DNA of 64,000 nt. It comes from Desulfobacteraceae bacterium 4572_35.1 (GTDB lineage Bacteria; Desulfobacterota; Desulfuromonadia; Desulfuromonadales; Desulfuromonadaceae). The notes below the pieces were generated by a model. The model saw only the letters and a list, made by a program, of their open reading frames with translations. It did no database searches and was not told the origin of the DNA. The DNA lies in contig NBLX01000005.1 of the NCBI GenBank assembly GCA_002084705.1, forward strand, positions 3,695-67,694. The letters are read 5' to 3'. A program made the position numbers and the translations under genes. Of this stretch, positions 1-9,574 are shown one piece after another (position 1 is the stretch's first letter; each line of letters starts with the position of its first letter).

Positions 1-501
1 CTGGCAATGACAGTTTCCAGTACCAATCTGGCTACCATGATTTATCGTCTGCTCGATTTCCCTTTCCAACTCTATCCGTCATTTATTTTTGCCGGTCTTG
101 GTTTGTTGCTGGTAGCTGTTGCCGAGTGTGGACGGATTCCGGTAGATAATCCTGCCACCCACCTAGAGTTGACCATGGTGCATGAGGCGATGATCCTGGA
201 GTACAGTGGTCGTCATCTGGCTCTTATGGAGTGGGCGGCTATGCTGAAGTTGATGATTTACGGGGTGCTGATAGCGAATTTGTTTGTGCCCTGGGGGGTA
301 GCTTTAGAGTATACCGCGTATGATTTTGCCGTGGCAATGGTAACGATAACCGCCAAATTGCTGGTTTTGGGTATTGTGCTGGCAGTTTCAGAAACCTCTT
401 TGGCTAAAATGCGTCTGTTTCGGGTGCCACAATTTCTCGGGTTGGCATTCATCCTGTCGTTACTTGGAATGTTAAGCCACGTTATTCTGGAGGTGCGCTA
501 G
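1..501 (+). CDS. hyfC: HyfC/NuoH-like membrane subunit of an Ehr/Hyf-type complex (5' partial)
   Basis: AECGRIPVDNPATHLELTMVHEAMILEYSG motif of the NuoH/HyfC family; frame is open from base 1. Confidence 0.9.
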   Translation: MAMTVSSTNLATMIYRLLDFPFQLYPSFIFAGLGLLLVAVAECGRIPVDNPATHLELTMVHEAMILEYSGRHLALMEWAAMLKLMIYGVLIANLFVPWGVALEYTAYDFAVAMVTITAKLLVLGIVLAVSETSLAKMRLFRVPQFLGLAFILSLLGMLSHVILEVR

Positions 502-1179
502 ATGCAACTGATCTCTTTACCTGTTTCTGAACAATTGATTCTGACTTTGGCGGCGTTAATTTTATTTACCTCGTTTTTGCTGCTGGCGCAGACCCGTTTG
601 GTGACTTTGATCCACACCTTCGCCTTGCAGGGTGGACTGTTATTTTTGACCACGGTGTTGGTTGCGATAGCGTCCGGTCGCCATCACCTGCTAATTTCTG
701 CCGCATTGACTTTAGGCTTAAAAGTGTTTTTTATCCCTTGGCAGCTGCGCTTGTTGGTGGTTCGTCTGGATATCCGGCGCGAAGTTGAAGTGGTTGGTAA
801 CGCTTCGCTGATTATGATCGGTGCCGGAGCGTTGACACTGTTCAGTTACTATGTAGCGCTGCCAATTCGAGAATTGTCTTTGCTCTCAACACGTAACACC
901 ATCGCTATCTCTCTGGCGGTAATACTTATCGGTATGTTGATGATTATTACTAGACGTAAGGCGGTTACTCAGGTTATCGGCTTTATGTCGATGGAAAATG
1001 GCTTGATGTTTGCTGCTGTTGCTGCCACCCATGGTATGCCGATGGTTGTTGAACTTGGGGTTGCTTTAGACGTACTGGTTGCGGCAATTTTATTTGGTAT
1101 TTTCTTCTTTCATATTCGCAGCGAGTTTGGCTCGCTGGATGTAGACAGGCTTAATCGCCTGAACGAGGTTGATCGATGA
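502..1179 (+). CDS. hyfE: Hydrogenase-4 component E-like membrane subunit
   Basis: Hydrophobic; RRKAVTQVIGFMSMENG and GMPMVVELG motifs; operon position. Confidence 0.88.
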   Translation: MQLISLPVSEQLILTLAALILFTSFLLLAQTRLVTLIHTFALQGGLLFLTTVLVAIASGRHHLLISAALTLGLKVFFIPWQLRLLVVRLDIRREVEVVGNASLIMIGAGALTLFSYYVALPIRELSLLSTRNTIAISLAVILIGMLMIITRRKAVTQVIGFMSMENGLMFAAVAATHGMPMVVELGVALDVLVAAILFGIFFFHIRSEFGSLDVDRLNRLNEVDR

Positions 1180-2642
1180 ACGCACTGTACCTCACCTTAT
1201 TGTTGCCATTGTTTGGCACCATGTTATTTGCCGTAGCGGGTCATCGGCGCTCTGCGGGTACCATCAACATGTTTATATGTGTGGCGACCTTTGCAACCTC
1301 ATTGTGGCTAGCAATCAATGTGTTTAATCAGGGGACGCTTATATCTGACGGTAAACTGTTTTACATTGATGGTTTCAATGTATACCTGATTTTGTTGAAC
1401 GCTTTTGTGGGGATGACCACCTCGGTATTTTCTGGCCCCTATATGGCTCACGAAGTTGAGATAGGGCGGGTTGATGATGGTCGAATGCGTCTGTATTACT
1501 CCATGTATCAGGGCTTTCTGTTTACCATGCTGGTGGCGTTATCCACCAATAATCTTGGTTTATTGTGGGTGGCGGTTGAGGGTGCAACTCTGGCTACTGT
1601 GTTGCTGGTCAGTTTATATCGCACTCCAGAGTCAATTGAAGCTGGCTGGAAGTATTTTTTGATCTGCGGTGTGGGGATTGCTCAAGCACTGTTTGGAACG
1701 GTGTTGATCTATTTCGCAGCTGACAAGGTTTTGCCTGGTAGTGATGAAACTTTGTTGTGGACAGTTCTTAACGCCCATGCGATGGAGTTGGAGCCGACGG
1801 TATTAATTCTGGCTTTTGTATTCTTGCTGGTTGGTTATGGCACCAAGGTTGGTCTGGTGCCGCTGCACAACTGGCTTCCCGACGCGCACAGTGAAGGGCC
1901 TACCCCCATGTCGGCTATCCTCTCCGGATTGTTACTTAATGTTGCTCTTTATGCCATTGTCCGGTTTAAAATGATTATAGATCCGGCGCTGGGTACCGAT
2001 CTGCCGGGGAAGATTATGATGGGTTTTGGTCTGGTGACATTTGCTACGGCGGGCTTGTTGCTTCATCGTCAGAAGGATGTTAAGCGGATGTTCAGCTACT
2101 CATCTATCGAGCATATGGGGCTGATGACCTTCGCTTTTGGAATCGGTGGTTCGCTGGCTACCTTCGGTGGCTTGTTACACATGATTGTTCACTCTCTGAC
2201 TAAATCGGCCATTTTCGTGACTGTTGGCCATGCTGCTCATGTGGCCAAAACTCAATCTATTGATAAGATACGCGGGCTGATTAGCACCCAGCCGACAGTT
2301 GGATGGGGGTTGTTGCTCGGCACCGTTGCTATAGCCGGGTTCCCACCGTTTGGTGTTTTTACCAGCGAGTTTCTACTGTTTAGTGCAACAATGAAAAGCT
2401 GGCCATGGTTGGTTATTACCCTTTTGATCGGTTTAGCGGTAGCCTTCGCCGGTCTGTTTCGCCATGTGCAGCCGATGGTATTTGGTGAAGCGCCACCTGG
2501 ACAACAACCGGTAGAAGCTAATATGTGGCCGGTAATTATCCATCTGGTGTTAATACTGTGGTTGGGGATCTCTGTCCCTGAGGTGTTGGCGCGCTGGATT
2601 GATCAGGCAACCATCATGATAGTTGGGGAGGGGCTGCTGTAA
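1176..2642 (+). CDS. hyfF: Hydrogenase-4 component F-like antiporter-type subunit
   Basis: GYGTKVGLVPLHNWLPDAHSEGPTP and KRMFSYSSIEHMG motifs; ATGA overlap with hyfE. Confidence 0.9.
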   Translation: MNALYLTLLLPLFGTMLFAVAGHRRSAGTINMFICVATFATSLWLAINVFNQGTLISDGKLFYIDGFNVYLILLNAFVGMTTSVFSGPYMAHEVEIGRVDDGRMRLYYSMYQGFLFTMLVALSTNNLGLLWVAVEGATLATVLLVSLYRTPESIEAGWKYFLICGVGIAQALFGTVLIYFAADKVLPGSDETLLWTVLNAHAMELEPTVLILAFVFLLVGYGTKVGLVPLHNWLPDAHSEGPTPMSAILSGLLLNVALYAIVRFKMIIDPALGTDLPGKIMMGFGLVTFATAGLLLHRQKDVKRMFSYSSIEHMGLMTFAFGIGGSLATFGGLLHMIVHSLTKSAIFVTVGHAAHVAKTQSIDKIRGLISTQPTVGWGLLLGTVAIAGFPPFGVFTSEFLLFSATMKSWPWLVITLLIGLAVAFAGLFRHVQPMVFGEAPPGQQPVEANMWPVIIHLVLILWLGISVPEVLARWIDQATIMIVGEGLL

Positions 2643-4168
2643 TGAGTGGACGTCAGGAATACACGGTTACTTCTGGTAAGGTGGTAGATTTAAAGGCTCA
2701 GTTGCTGAAGCAGGGATTGGCGGTTGAATCTGCTCAAGTACCGGCAGGTCCTGTCCTCTATCTTGAAGTGTTGGCGGATGATTGGGGGCGTGTGGCTAGG
2801 GTGGCGGTTGACTTAGAGTTGCGCTGGTCGGCGGTGTGGGGTGAACATCACTCGCCACAATTGCTGGTGACATCACTGATAGCAGGTTGCGACGGGCATA
2901 TATTGCTGCGTACTATGGTGTCTGAAAACCAGTCTCGGTTGCCATCGCAAACCCCATATTTCCCAGCCGCCAACCGTCCCGAACGCCATCTACAGGATAT
3001 GTTTGGTGTTCAGTTTGTAGATCATCCCGATGGACGGCGCTGGATTCGCCATCAGGGTTGGGCTGAGGGGGAATTTCCGCTGCGTAAGGATTTTCCTGTG
3101 GCTGGGAATCCCGCTGCAGAGACTCCTCCCGATTGCTCTTATACGTTTGAACCTGTTACGGGTGAGGGTGTATACGAAGTTCCCGTTGGACCGGTACACG
3201 CTGGTATAATTGAGCCGGGACATTTTCGGTTTCAGGCTATTGGCGAAGATATGTTGTATCTCGAAGAGCATCTAGGGTACGTACACAAAGGGATAGAAAA
3301 ACTTGCCGAGGGGCGAGATCTTGCAGGGCTTGCACGTCTTGCTGGGCGTATTTCTGGTGACAGTAGCGTAGGCCATTGTTGGGCTGCATGTCAGGCGGCG
3401 GAGAGGGCGCTGGGGGTAGAGGTGCCAGCGCGGGCGCTGTACCTGCGTGCCATAATGGCTGAGAGGGAGCGTATTGCTAACCATATTGGCGATATTGGGG
3501 CTATATGTAACGATGTCGGTTTTACCTTTGCGTTGGTTCAGGGGAGTAAAATTCGAGAACGCTGGCAGCGTAACAATGCCACTGTCTTTGGTCATCGCCT
3601 GCTCATGGATCGGATAATCCCCGGTGGGGTGTGTTGTGATATAGATCCAAGTTATATGCCGACACTGCGTGCTGAGATTATTGAGGTGCGTGCCGAAGTG
3701 GAAGAACTTATGCCGATGCTGTTGGAGTATCCATCATTGCAGGATCGTTTGCGCACCACCGGAATATTATCTCCACCATATCCCCCCTACGATACCCTGG
3801 AAGTGGAAGTGCCAGCCTATATAGATGGTGATGTCGCTAAAAGGACACGTGTGCGTGGTGATGAGATATTGATCTCTTTGACTTTGTTGGAGAATCTTTT
3901 GGAGAACTTGCCTGCCGGAGAGTTGATGGTCGATTGTCATAATACTGGTGCTGAATGTGATGGTGTTGGTTTGATCGAGGGATGGCGGGGGGAGATCGTT
4001 GCTTATTTGCGTCTTGATGCTGATGGCAAGGTGTTGCGCTATTTTCCCCGTGACCCGAGTTGGCTCAACTGGCCGGCGTTGGAGGAGTTGATCCACAATA
4101 ATATCGTTCCCGATTTCCCAGTATGCAACAAGTCGGTAAATGGTTCTTACTCTGGACAGGATCTGTAA
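2642..4168 (+). CDS. Ehr large subunit (NuoC+NuoD/HyfG-like) lacking NiFe cysteines; probable internal deletion near 3775
   Basis: EVPVGPVHAGIIEPGHFRF, GYVHKGIEK, RISGDSSVGH (no CxxC), C-terminal DFPVCNKSVNGSYSGQDL. Confidence 0.88.
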   Translation: MSGRQEYTVTSGKVVDLKAQLLKQGLAVESAQVPAGPVLYLEVLADDWGRVARVAVDLELRWSAVWGEHHSPQLLVTSLIAGCDGHILLRTMVSENQSRLPSQTPYFPAANRPERHLQDMFGVQFVDHPDGRRWIRHQGWAEGEFPLRKDFPVAGNPAAETPPDCSYTFEPVTGEGVYEVPVGPVHAGIIEPGHFRFQAIGEDMLYLEEHLGYVHKGIEKLAEGRDLAGLARLAGRISGDSSVGHCWAACQAAERALGVEVPARALYLRAIMAERERIANHIGDIGAICNDVGFTFALVQGSKIRERWQRNNATVFGHRLLMDRIIPGGVCCDIDPSYMPTLRAEIIEVRAEVEELMPMLLEYPSLQDRLRTTGILSPPYPPYDTLEVEVPAYIDGDVAKRTRVRGDEILISLTLLENLLENLPAGELMVDCHNTGAECDGVGLIEGWRGEIVAYLRLDADGKVLRYFPRDPSWLNWPALEELIHNNIVPDFPVCNKSVNGSYSGQDL

Positions 4169-4196
4169 TAAGCCGATTGTTTATGGAGTTTTTTGT

Positions 4197-4706
4197 ATGC
4201 TTAGTATTCTGAATAAAATTCGCCGCACCGGACATCTCACCGAGGCTGTTGAAGCGGATGAACAGGTGGTAAAATTGGGGAAGGCATGTCAGCGGGAGAT
4301 CGCAGTTAGCTTTGGTGGCAGCTTGGCAATTCGGATGGTTGACGCCGGTTCTTGTAATGGATGTGAACTGGAGATGCACGCAGTAAATAACAGTTTTTAT
4401 GATATCGAGCGCTACGGTATCCACTTTGTGGCATCGCCACGTCATGCCGATATGTTGCTGGTGACGGGTGTTGTTTCACGCCATATGCAGGCGGCGTTGA
4501 AGCGTACTTACGCTGCTGTTCCAGCTCCGAAACTGGTGGTTGCGATGGGTGATTGCGCTGCCAACGGTGGCGAGTTTGGCGTGAGTTACGCTAGTTGCGG
4601 AGCTGTGGAAAATGTGATTCCGGTAGATGCGGTAATTCCCGGGTGCCCTCCTACTCCGTTGCAACTGTTGCAGGGGATATTGACGCTGTTGCAGAAAAAA
4701 CCGTAG
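4197..4706 (+). CDS. Ehr small subunit (NuoB/HyfI-like Fe-S protein)
   Basis: DAGSCNGCELE, ASPRHAD, GDCA and PGCPP motifs; ATG at 4197 after GGAG. Confidence 0.9.
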   Translation: MLSILNKIRRTGHLTEAVEADEQVVKLGKACQREIAVSFGGSLAIRMVDAGSCNGCELEMHAVNNSFYDIERYGIHFVASPRHADMLLVTGVVSRHMQAALKRTYAAVPAPKLVVAMGDCAANGGEFGVSYASCGAVENVIPVDAVIPGCPPTPLQLLQGILTLLQKKP

Positions 4707-4805
4707 TTTTCGTGTGCTTATTAAGCTCGCTGCTACGGCAACACCCTTTACGTGGGCTTCGCTAGGGTGTCTGGCAGTTATGTTAAAGATAACTATGTTT
4801 GGTGC

Positions 4806-4849
4806 GCTGTGTTTGCTAATACCCTCACTGTGGGGTTAGCAAACACAGC
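4806..4849. terminator. Long hairpin between convergent genes
   Basis: GCTGTGTTTGCTAA...TTAGCAAACACAGC, 14-bp stem. Confidence 0.55.
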
Positions 4850-4872
4850 TGGTGTGATTTAGAATGTGATAG

Positions 4873-5805
4873 CTAACTTTTTTTGTAAAAGCTGCCCCGT
4901 TCCTGTTGTACTGAAACAATTTTATCTTCCGATTCCAACACGTCGAGATATTTATTTATCTCACTTCTGTGCATCCCCAAGATCTGTACGATATCTTCAA
5001 GGGTACATGGTCTACGGGCGATCGTCTGTAAAATAGCTGTTTCTGCATCGTCGCGGTAGGATAAAATATTTTTCCTTTGTGGTGCTTTGGCTATTATTTC
5101 GACGTTGTCCAAATTTAATAGATCAACCACCTGTTGTAGCTCTTTTTTGGTTGCTCCGCGCAAATTAGTTTCTGTGCCCGGCCTGTCTAGGGTGTTTATC
5201 TGCACCGACTCCGATTTTATCCGCTGGATGATTTTGCCCATTCGGGCTATCTCCTCGGAGCTGTCGTTGTAATCTGGAAGGATAAAGACTTCAAGCCATA
5301 TCTTCCCGGTGAACTGTTGGGCGAAATCTACCAGTCCTTGTAGATATTTCCCGAAATCGAGAGTGGAGGTTGGGCGATTTATTTTTTCAAATACATCTGG
5401 CGTAGCTGCATCTAATGAGGGAAGGACAAGGTCGGCAGCCATCAACTCTTTTTTGACTTCATCATCGTATAGCAGGGTGCCGTTGGTTAAAACTGCGACG
5501 GGAATGTTAGGTCTGTGCTGTTTTATGAAATTAATCACATCACCTATTCTGATGTTCAGCGTAGGTTCGCCAGATCCAGAAAAAGTGATGTAGTCTGGGT
5601 CGGGGTTATTTTCGAAATAATGTGTTAATTCCTGAACGATTACGGAGTATGGAATATATTCTTTTCTGTCGATGGTCAGCTTTGTAGTTTTACCAACTTC
5701 ACAATATACACAGTCGAGGGAGCATACTTTCAACGGTACTAAGTCTACACCCAACGACATTCCTAACCGTCTTGATGGTACGGGACCAAATAGATATTTA
5801 TACAT
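4873..5805 (-). CDS. Radical SAM protein (COG0731/TYW1-like) with C-terminal HTH-like tail
   Basis: FGPVPSRRLGMSLG, CSLDCVYC, SGSGEPTL; start trimmed to MYKYLFG. Confidence 0.85.
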   Translation of the reverse strand: MYKYLFGPVPSRRLGMSLGVDLVPLKVCSLDCVYCEVGKTTKLTIDRKEYIPYSVIVQELTHYFENNPDPDYITFSGSGEPTLNIRIGDVINFIKQHRPNIPVAVLTNGTLLYDDEVKKELMAADLVLPSLDAATPDVFEKINRPTSTLDFGKYLQGLVDFAQQFTGKIWLEVFILPDYNDSSEEIARMGKIIQRIKSESVQINTLDRPGTETNLRGATKKELQQVVDLLNLDNVEIIAKAPQRKNILSYRDDAETAILQTIARRPCTLEDIVQILGMHRSEINKYLDVLESEDKIVSVQQERGSFYKKS

Positions 5806-5992
5806 TATCGTTACTCTCTTTATTTGAATCGGTGTTTTTGAGTGGATAGTTGGTTTGTTGACCTGTGGATAGCAGGTTGAGCACAGATTCAAGGTAAAAA
5901 ACAGTGGAAAACAAACATACATTGAACATAACATATACTAGAACAGTTTTGTTGCCGAATTGGTGTGGTTGACCCTGTGTATTGTTTTACAG

Positions 5993-6038
5993 GAATAAAA
6001 AAGCCCCGCAATTGAGTCATTGCAGGGCTTTTTTATTC
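5993..6038. terminator. Intrinsic terminator (bidirectional form)
   Basis: AAAAAAGCCC...GGGCTTTTTT downstream of the Tsx-like gene. Confidence 0.75.
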
Positions 6039-6073
6039 AGATGGTTTTATGCGCTCATATAATTCTATGTGTT

Positions 6074-6838
6074 CTAAAATGAGATGGCAAAGAAGATGGT
6101 AGGGTTCACTTCCCAGTCGGCATCTTCACCGAAAAAGTCATGGCTGATCTCAACTTCGGTGCCGATCACCGCGCTGCTCATCATGTTGTCGTTGCCGAAC
6201 AGGTTGGAAAGGTGAAAACGCAGTTGCGGCTCGGTCAAAAACACGTAATGGCTGTCATTTTTCCAGTAATCCGCAAAACCTTGGGTAGAAAATTGCAAGC
6301 CGAACAGCTCGAAAGGTTGCCCCCAAACATAGGTAAGTTGAAAGGCGACGTCCTGTTTTTTTTCATGACGCAGCAGTATGCTGAAATTGGAAAAGCCGTA
6401 GTTTGGTTGAAAGTTGAAATCGAAGGAGAGACCAGACAACCATACGCGGTTGATGAAATCTTCGTTGCCTTCGTTGTATTGGACGGTAACATAGGTTTCG
6501 CCGAGAATATCCAGTGGCATAACCTTGCTGCCCAAAATACGATCTAAACTTAAACGGGGGGCAATTTCGTAATAGATATCTTCACTTTTCGAGCTGTACT
6601 TGGGCTGACCTTCATCATCTATGAAAAAGAAATTGTCGCCATATTTCCATTCTGAAAAGTGCTCTAGGGTTGCGGTAAAAATTCCCTCTCCCAGATACGG
6701 TTCGCGGTCTAAATCGAGGTGAAGTTGCAGTTCTGTCTTAGAGAAATAACTCTCAGAATCTTCGGCTAGAGCGGATCCTGTAAATGACAGCAAAGTCAAC
6801 GTGATCAGGCTTAACAAAAACGCGGCAGTTTTGTTCAT
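6074..6838 (-). CDS. Outer-membrane beta-barrel, Tsx/DUF5020 nucleoside-channel-like
   Basis: Signal peptide (ALA), TLEHFSEWKYGDNFFFID motif, C-terminal Phe. Confidence 0.7.
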   Translation of the reverse strand: MNKTAAFLLSLITLTLLSFTGSALAEDSESYFSKTELQLHLDLDREPYLGEGIFTATLEHFSEWKYGDNFFFIDDEGQPKYSSKSEDIYYEIAPRLSLDRILGSKVMPLDILGETYVTVQYNEGNEDFINRVWLSGLSFDFNFQPNYGFSNFSILLRHEKKQDVAFQLTYVWGQPFELFGLQFSTQGFADYWKNDSHYVFLTEPQLRFHLSNLFGNDNMMSSAVIGTEVEISHDFFGEDADWEVNPTIFFAISF

Positions 6839-6991
6839 GGTACCCTTCCTGTTTGTGTGCATAAAAATTGCAGACGTAATAAAAATTTAAAAACGGCGGA
6901 TTATACCGCTAATGAAAGAGCGATACAACTGTGTATCAGGAGATGAAACGAAAAAAAGAAATCCTTATTAGCACTGATCTTCCGCTTTACC

Positions 6992-7099
6992 GTAGGAGCA
7001 AATTTATTCGCGAATTGTTCGCAAAATCAAGAGCTTCGCGGTTTAAATCCCTCCTGTAGTTATTTTATGAAAATTCTCCCGCAGGGTGGGGGTCGCTAA
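6992..7099. repeat. REPIN-like dispersed repeat, copy 1
   Basis: GTAGGAGCAAATTTATTCGCGA...TCGCGGTTTAAATCCCTCCTGTAG; reverse complement aligns by eye with 29909-30014. Confidence 0.75.
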
Positions 7100-7201
7100 T
7101 CAGGAAAGAAAATGTTGTTCAGGTGACTATCTTGTCTGAATAGTTGAAGCTATGTTGTGGGGTTATGTCGTTAATGAAAGATGAAATGGGGTAGGTATCA
7201 T

Positions 7202-7246
7202 CCCCATCCGAATCAGCTGAGTTCTTGTTTTCGGATGGGGTTTTTT
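7202..7246. terminator. Hairpin terminator downstream of the response regulator
   Basis: CCCCATCCGAA...TTCGGATGGGG followed by a T-run. Confidence 0.6.
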
Positions 7247-7248
7247 GT

Positions 7249-8007
7249 CTACTCGTTTATTTTGTTACGTTTTTTGAACTGGGTGAGCCAGAGTTGTAGC
7301 TCGGTTTCTTCATGCTCAAGTTCAAAAGGATTGATCAGCCCACGATGGGTGGCAACAGCTACGGCGCGGTTGCGTGGATTAAAAGCGTCGCCTACTTTTT
7401 CGGTCTGAAACTGCTCCTGGTCGATACATAGCTTATTATATAGAGAATTGAGCCTGCTCTGCACCCCGCGTCTCGACAGGTAGCGGCGCTGCGCGATCAG
7501 ATTGTCGGTTAAGCCGAGGGAGATGTCGATCAACGCTTCGAATTCAATGTCGGATAGTGCTGTCTGGCTGTGGCCAGTTCTACCCTGAACCTTGCGCACC
7601 TCTGGGTCTATCCAGCATTGTTCGTCGAGCAATACAGTGACCACCGCTGAGGCGATACGACTTTTGCTATTGGATTTGAGGATGTAGCCATAGACTGTTT
7701 CCGGCGGCACTATTTTCAGTAAAGAGCGCACATACATCTCATCTTTGAACTGACTCCAGAATACGATGCGCGCCTGGGGTTTTTGAGCCCACAACGCTTT
7801 AGCAAAATCAATACCGTTAATCTCCGGCATCTGAATATCGCTGATAACTAGTGGTTGATCAATCTCAAGAGCCATTTCCAGTGCAGCTTGTCCATTAGCT
7901 GCGCGGCTTATATCAAACTGAGCCATATCGCAATCATTAAGTAATTGCTCCAGAAATTCAAAATCCTTGGGGTTGTCTTCGGCAATAATAACTGAAATAG
8001 TTGACAT
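7249..8007 (-). CDS. NarL/LuxR-type response regulator
   Basis: IIAEDN...SDIQMPEINGIDF receiver domain plus LuxR-like HTH (GLTDNLIAQRRYLS). Confidence 0.85.
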   Translation of the reverse strand: MSTISVIIAEDNPKDFEFLEQLLNDCDMAQFDISRAANGQAALEMALEIDQPLVISDIQMPEINGIDFAKALWAQKPQARIVFWSQFKDEMYVRSLLKIVPPETVYGYILKSNSKSRIASAVVTVLLDEQCWIDPEVRKVQGRTGHSQTALSDIEFEALIDISLGLTDNLIAQRRYLSRRGVQSRLNSLYNKLCIDQEQFQTEKVGDAFNPRNRAVAVATHRGLINPFELEHEETELQLWLTQFKKRNKINE

Positions 8008-8086
8008 TGGCTTTACCCTTTGTTGAATATGTAGTGACATTGCATATAAGAACATCTCTACTTTTCTTCTTTGGATAGGTTTTTAA

Positions 8087-9466
8087 TTACGAATAGTTTT
8101 CATTCTGTTTTGGTTCGATATTAAGAACTACTTCAAAACGGGTGCCGGAGGAAAAACGGGAAGGTTTCCAGCTTACTTCGGCTCCAATAGTACGCGCACG
8201 CTCTTTAATGTTATGTAAGCCACGCCCTAATGATTCCTTAGATAGGTCGAATCCGCTGCCGTTGTCTTCAACAGATATTCTAAGTTGGTTTTGGTTGTAA
8301 TCAAGATTAACTTCATAGCGGCTGGCACCGGAATGCTTGTAAACGTTGTGAATGGCTTCAATGATGATGCGATACAATTGCAGTTGCACCGTTTTGTTCA
8401 GTTGTAACTCCTCGGTGTTTCCTGATGCGTAGTAGTTGCTGTCAATGTGGTGATCGCTGCCATTTTGATGCCCCTCTATGTGAGATTCAATAGCAGCGTC
8501 TAAACCGAGAACATCAAGCGTCTGCGGGTGCAGATCATCCATCACTTCGCGTAGATTGTTTATTGCTCTTTGCAGCTCGGCTTCGAGTCGAGGCGCGATG
8601 CTGGCACAATCTTTTTGTTTTAAATCCTGTATGTCGCGCAAGATATTGGAAAGATCTGACAGGGTTTGATCGTGGAGATCACGGGCGATGCGTCGTCTCT
8701 CTTCTTCTGCTCCTTCTAACAGCTTTTCAGCACCTACAACCCTGATTAATTTGTCAGACATGTTGGCGAGGGAGGCACTTAAATCGTCGAGTTCGTCGCT
8801 TATGGTTGTTGGCGTGCAGGTCAATTCACACTCGCCACGCAATAGACAGCTGGCGCTGGTGGATATGGTTTGTATTCGTCGTAGAATGCGCCGAGCGAAG
8901 AACAGTGATAGAAATATTCCTAGCACAATGGCAGCACTCAAAACGATTAACGATACCAGCGCTGTTCTGGCAACCAGTTCATCCATGTTTTTATTGCGTA
9001 AATTTTTAAAACGGCTCCGTTGGCTGCGCGCATTATCTATTAATAAAATGAGGTGGGGACGCATCTCCTGCAGTGTTGTTAGGAAACGATCGGGATCAAT
9101 TCCTGCTGTCGGGTCTAGGTGCTCTAATTCTGTGCGGAGTGTATTTGCCGTTTCTGTTGGTATGTCCAACAATTCGATGGTGTGGTTTACTGCGTTGGCT
9201 AGATGCCAATACAGTTGCTCAACTTCATCTATGCGAGGGACATTGACAAGGAGATTCTTGCTTAGAGCCAAAGAGAGGGCATGGATACGTTTGGCGGCCA
9301 GGTCGGCTTCAGCCAGGGCGATAAATGCTTTGCCCAGCCGGTTGGCTTCGTGTCGTTGAACCGACAGGTCCCAGTAAGTGTATTGTAGAAAAATTAATAA
9401 CAGACCCATTATCAGCAATACCGCTGCTGGAGCCATTAATATCTGGTGTTTAAGTTTGATACGCAT
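8087..9466 (-). CDS. Sensor histidine kinase (HisKA_3 type)
   Basis: EEERRRIARDLHD H-box, EAIHNVYKHS N-box, EDNGSGF G-box; two TM helices plus HAMP. Confidence 0.9.
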   Translation of the reverse strand: MRIKLKHQILMAPAAVLLIMGLLLIFLQYTYWDLSVQRHEANRLGKAFIALAEADLAAKRIHALSLALSKNLLVNVPRIDEVEQLYWHLANAVNHTIELLDIPTETANTLRTELEHLDPTAGIDPDRFLTTLQEMRPHLILLIDNARSQRSRFKNLRNKNMDELVARTALVSLIVLSAAIVLGIFLSLFFARRILRRIQTISTSASCLLRGECELTCTPTTISDELDDLSASLANMSDKLIRVVGAEKLLEGAEEERRRIARDLHDQTLSDLSNILRDIQDLKQKDCASIAPRLEAELQRAINNLREVMDDLHPQTLDVLGLDAAIESHIEGHQNGSDHHIDSNYYASGNTEELQLNKTVQLQLYRIIIEAIHNVYKHSGASRYEVNLDYNQNQLRISVEDNGSGFDLSKESLGRGLHNIKERARTIGAEVSWKPSRFSSGTRFEVVLNIEPKQNENYS

Positions 9467-9574
9467 AGCTCGAAAGCTAACACAGGGTGTGCCAGAAAAC
9501 ACTGTGCTAATGCACAGAGCTTCTTTGTCACGTTAACGTTCGTGTCAAAGGTGGCAATTAAGAGTGATCACCAT

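Noticed and set aside
4720-4860. Riboswitch in the hairpin-rich spacer after the Ehr operon
   Set aside because: Lies between convergent 3' ends with no aptamer consensus; terminators explain it
8688-9359. 223-aa plus-strand ORF and the many other antisense ORFs in the track
   Set aside because: Shadow frames of well-supported genes on the opposite strand
9479-9495. sigma54-like CTGGCACACCCTGTGTT upstream of the HisKA_3 kinase
   Set aside because: Non-consensus -12, and it would put the start site almost on the ATG; unsupported
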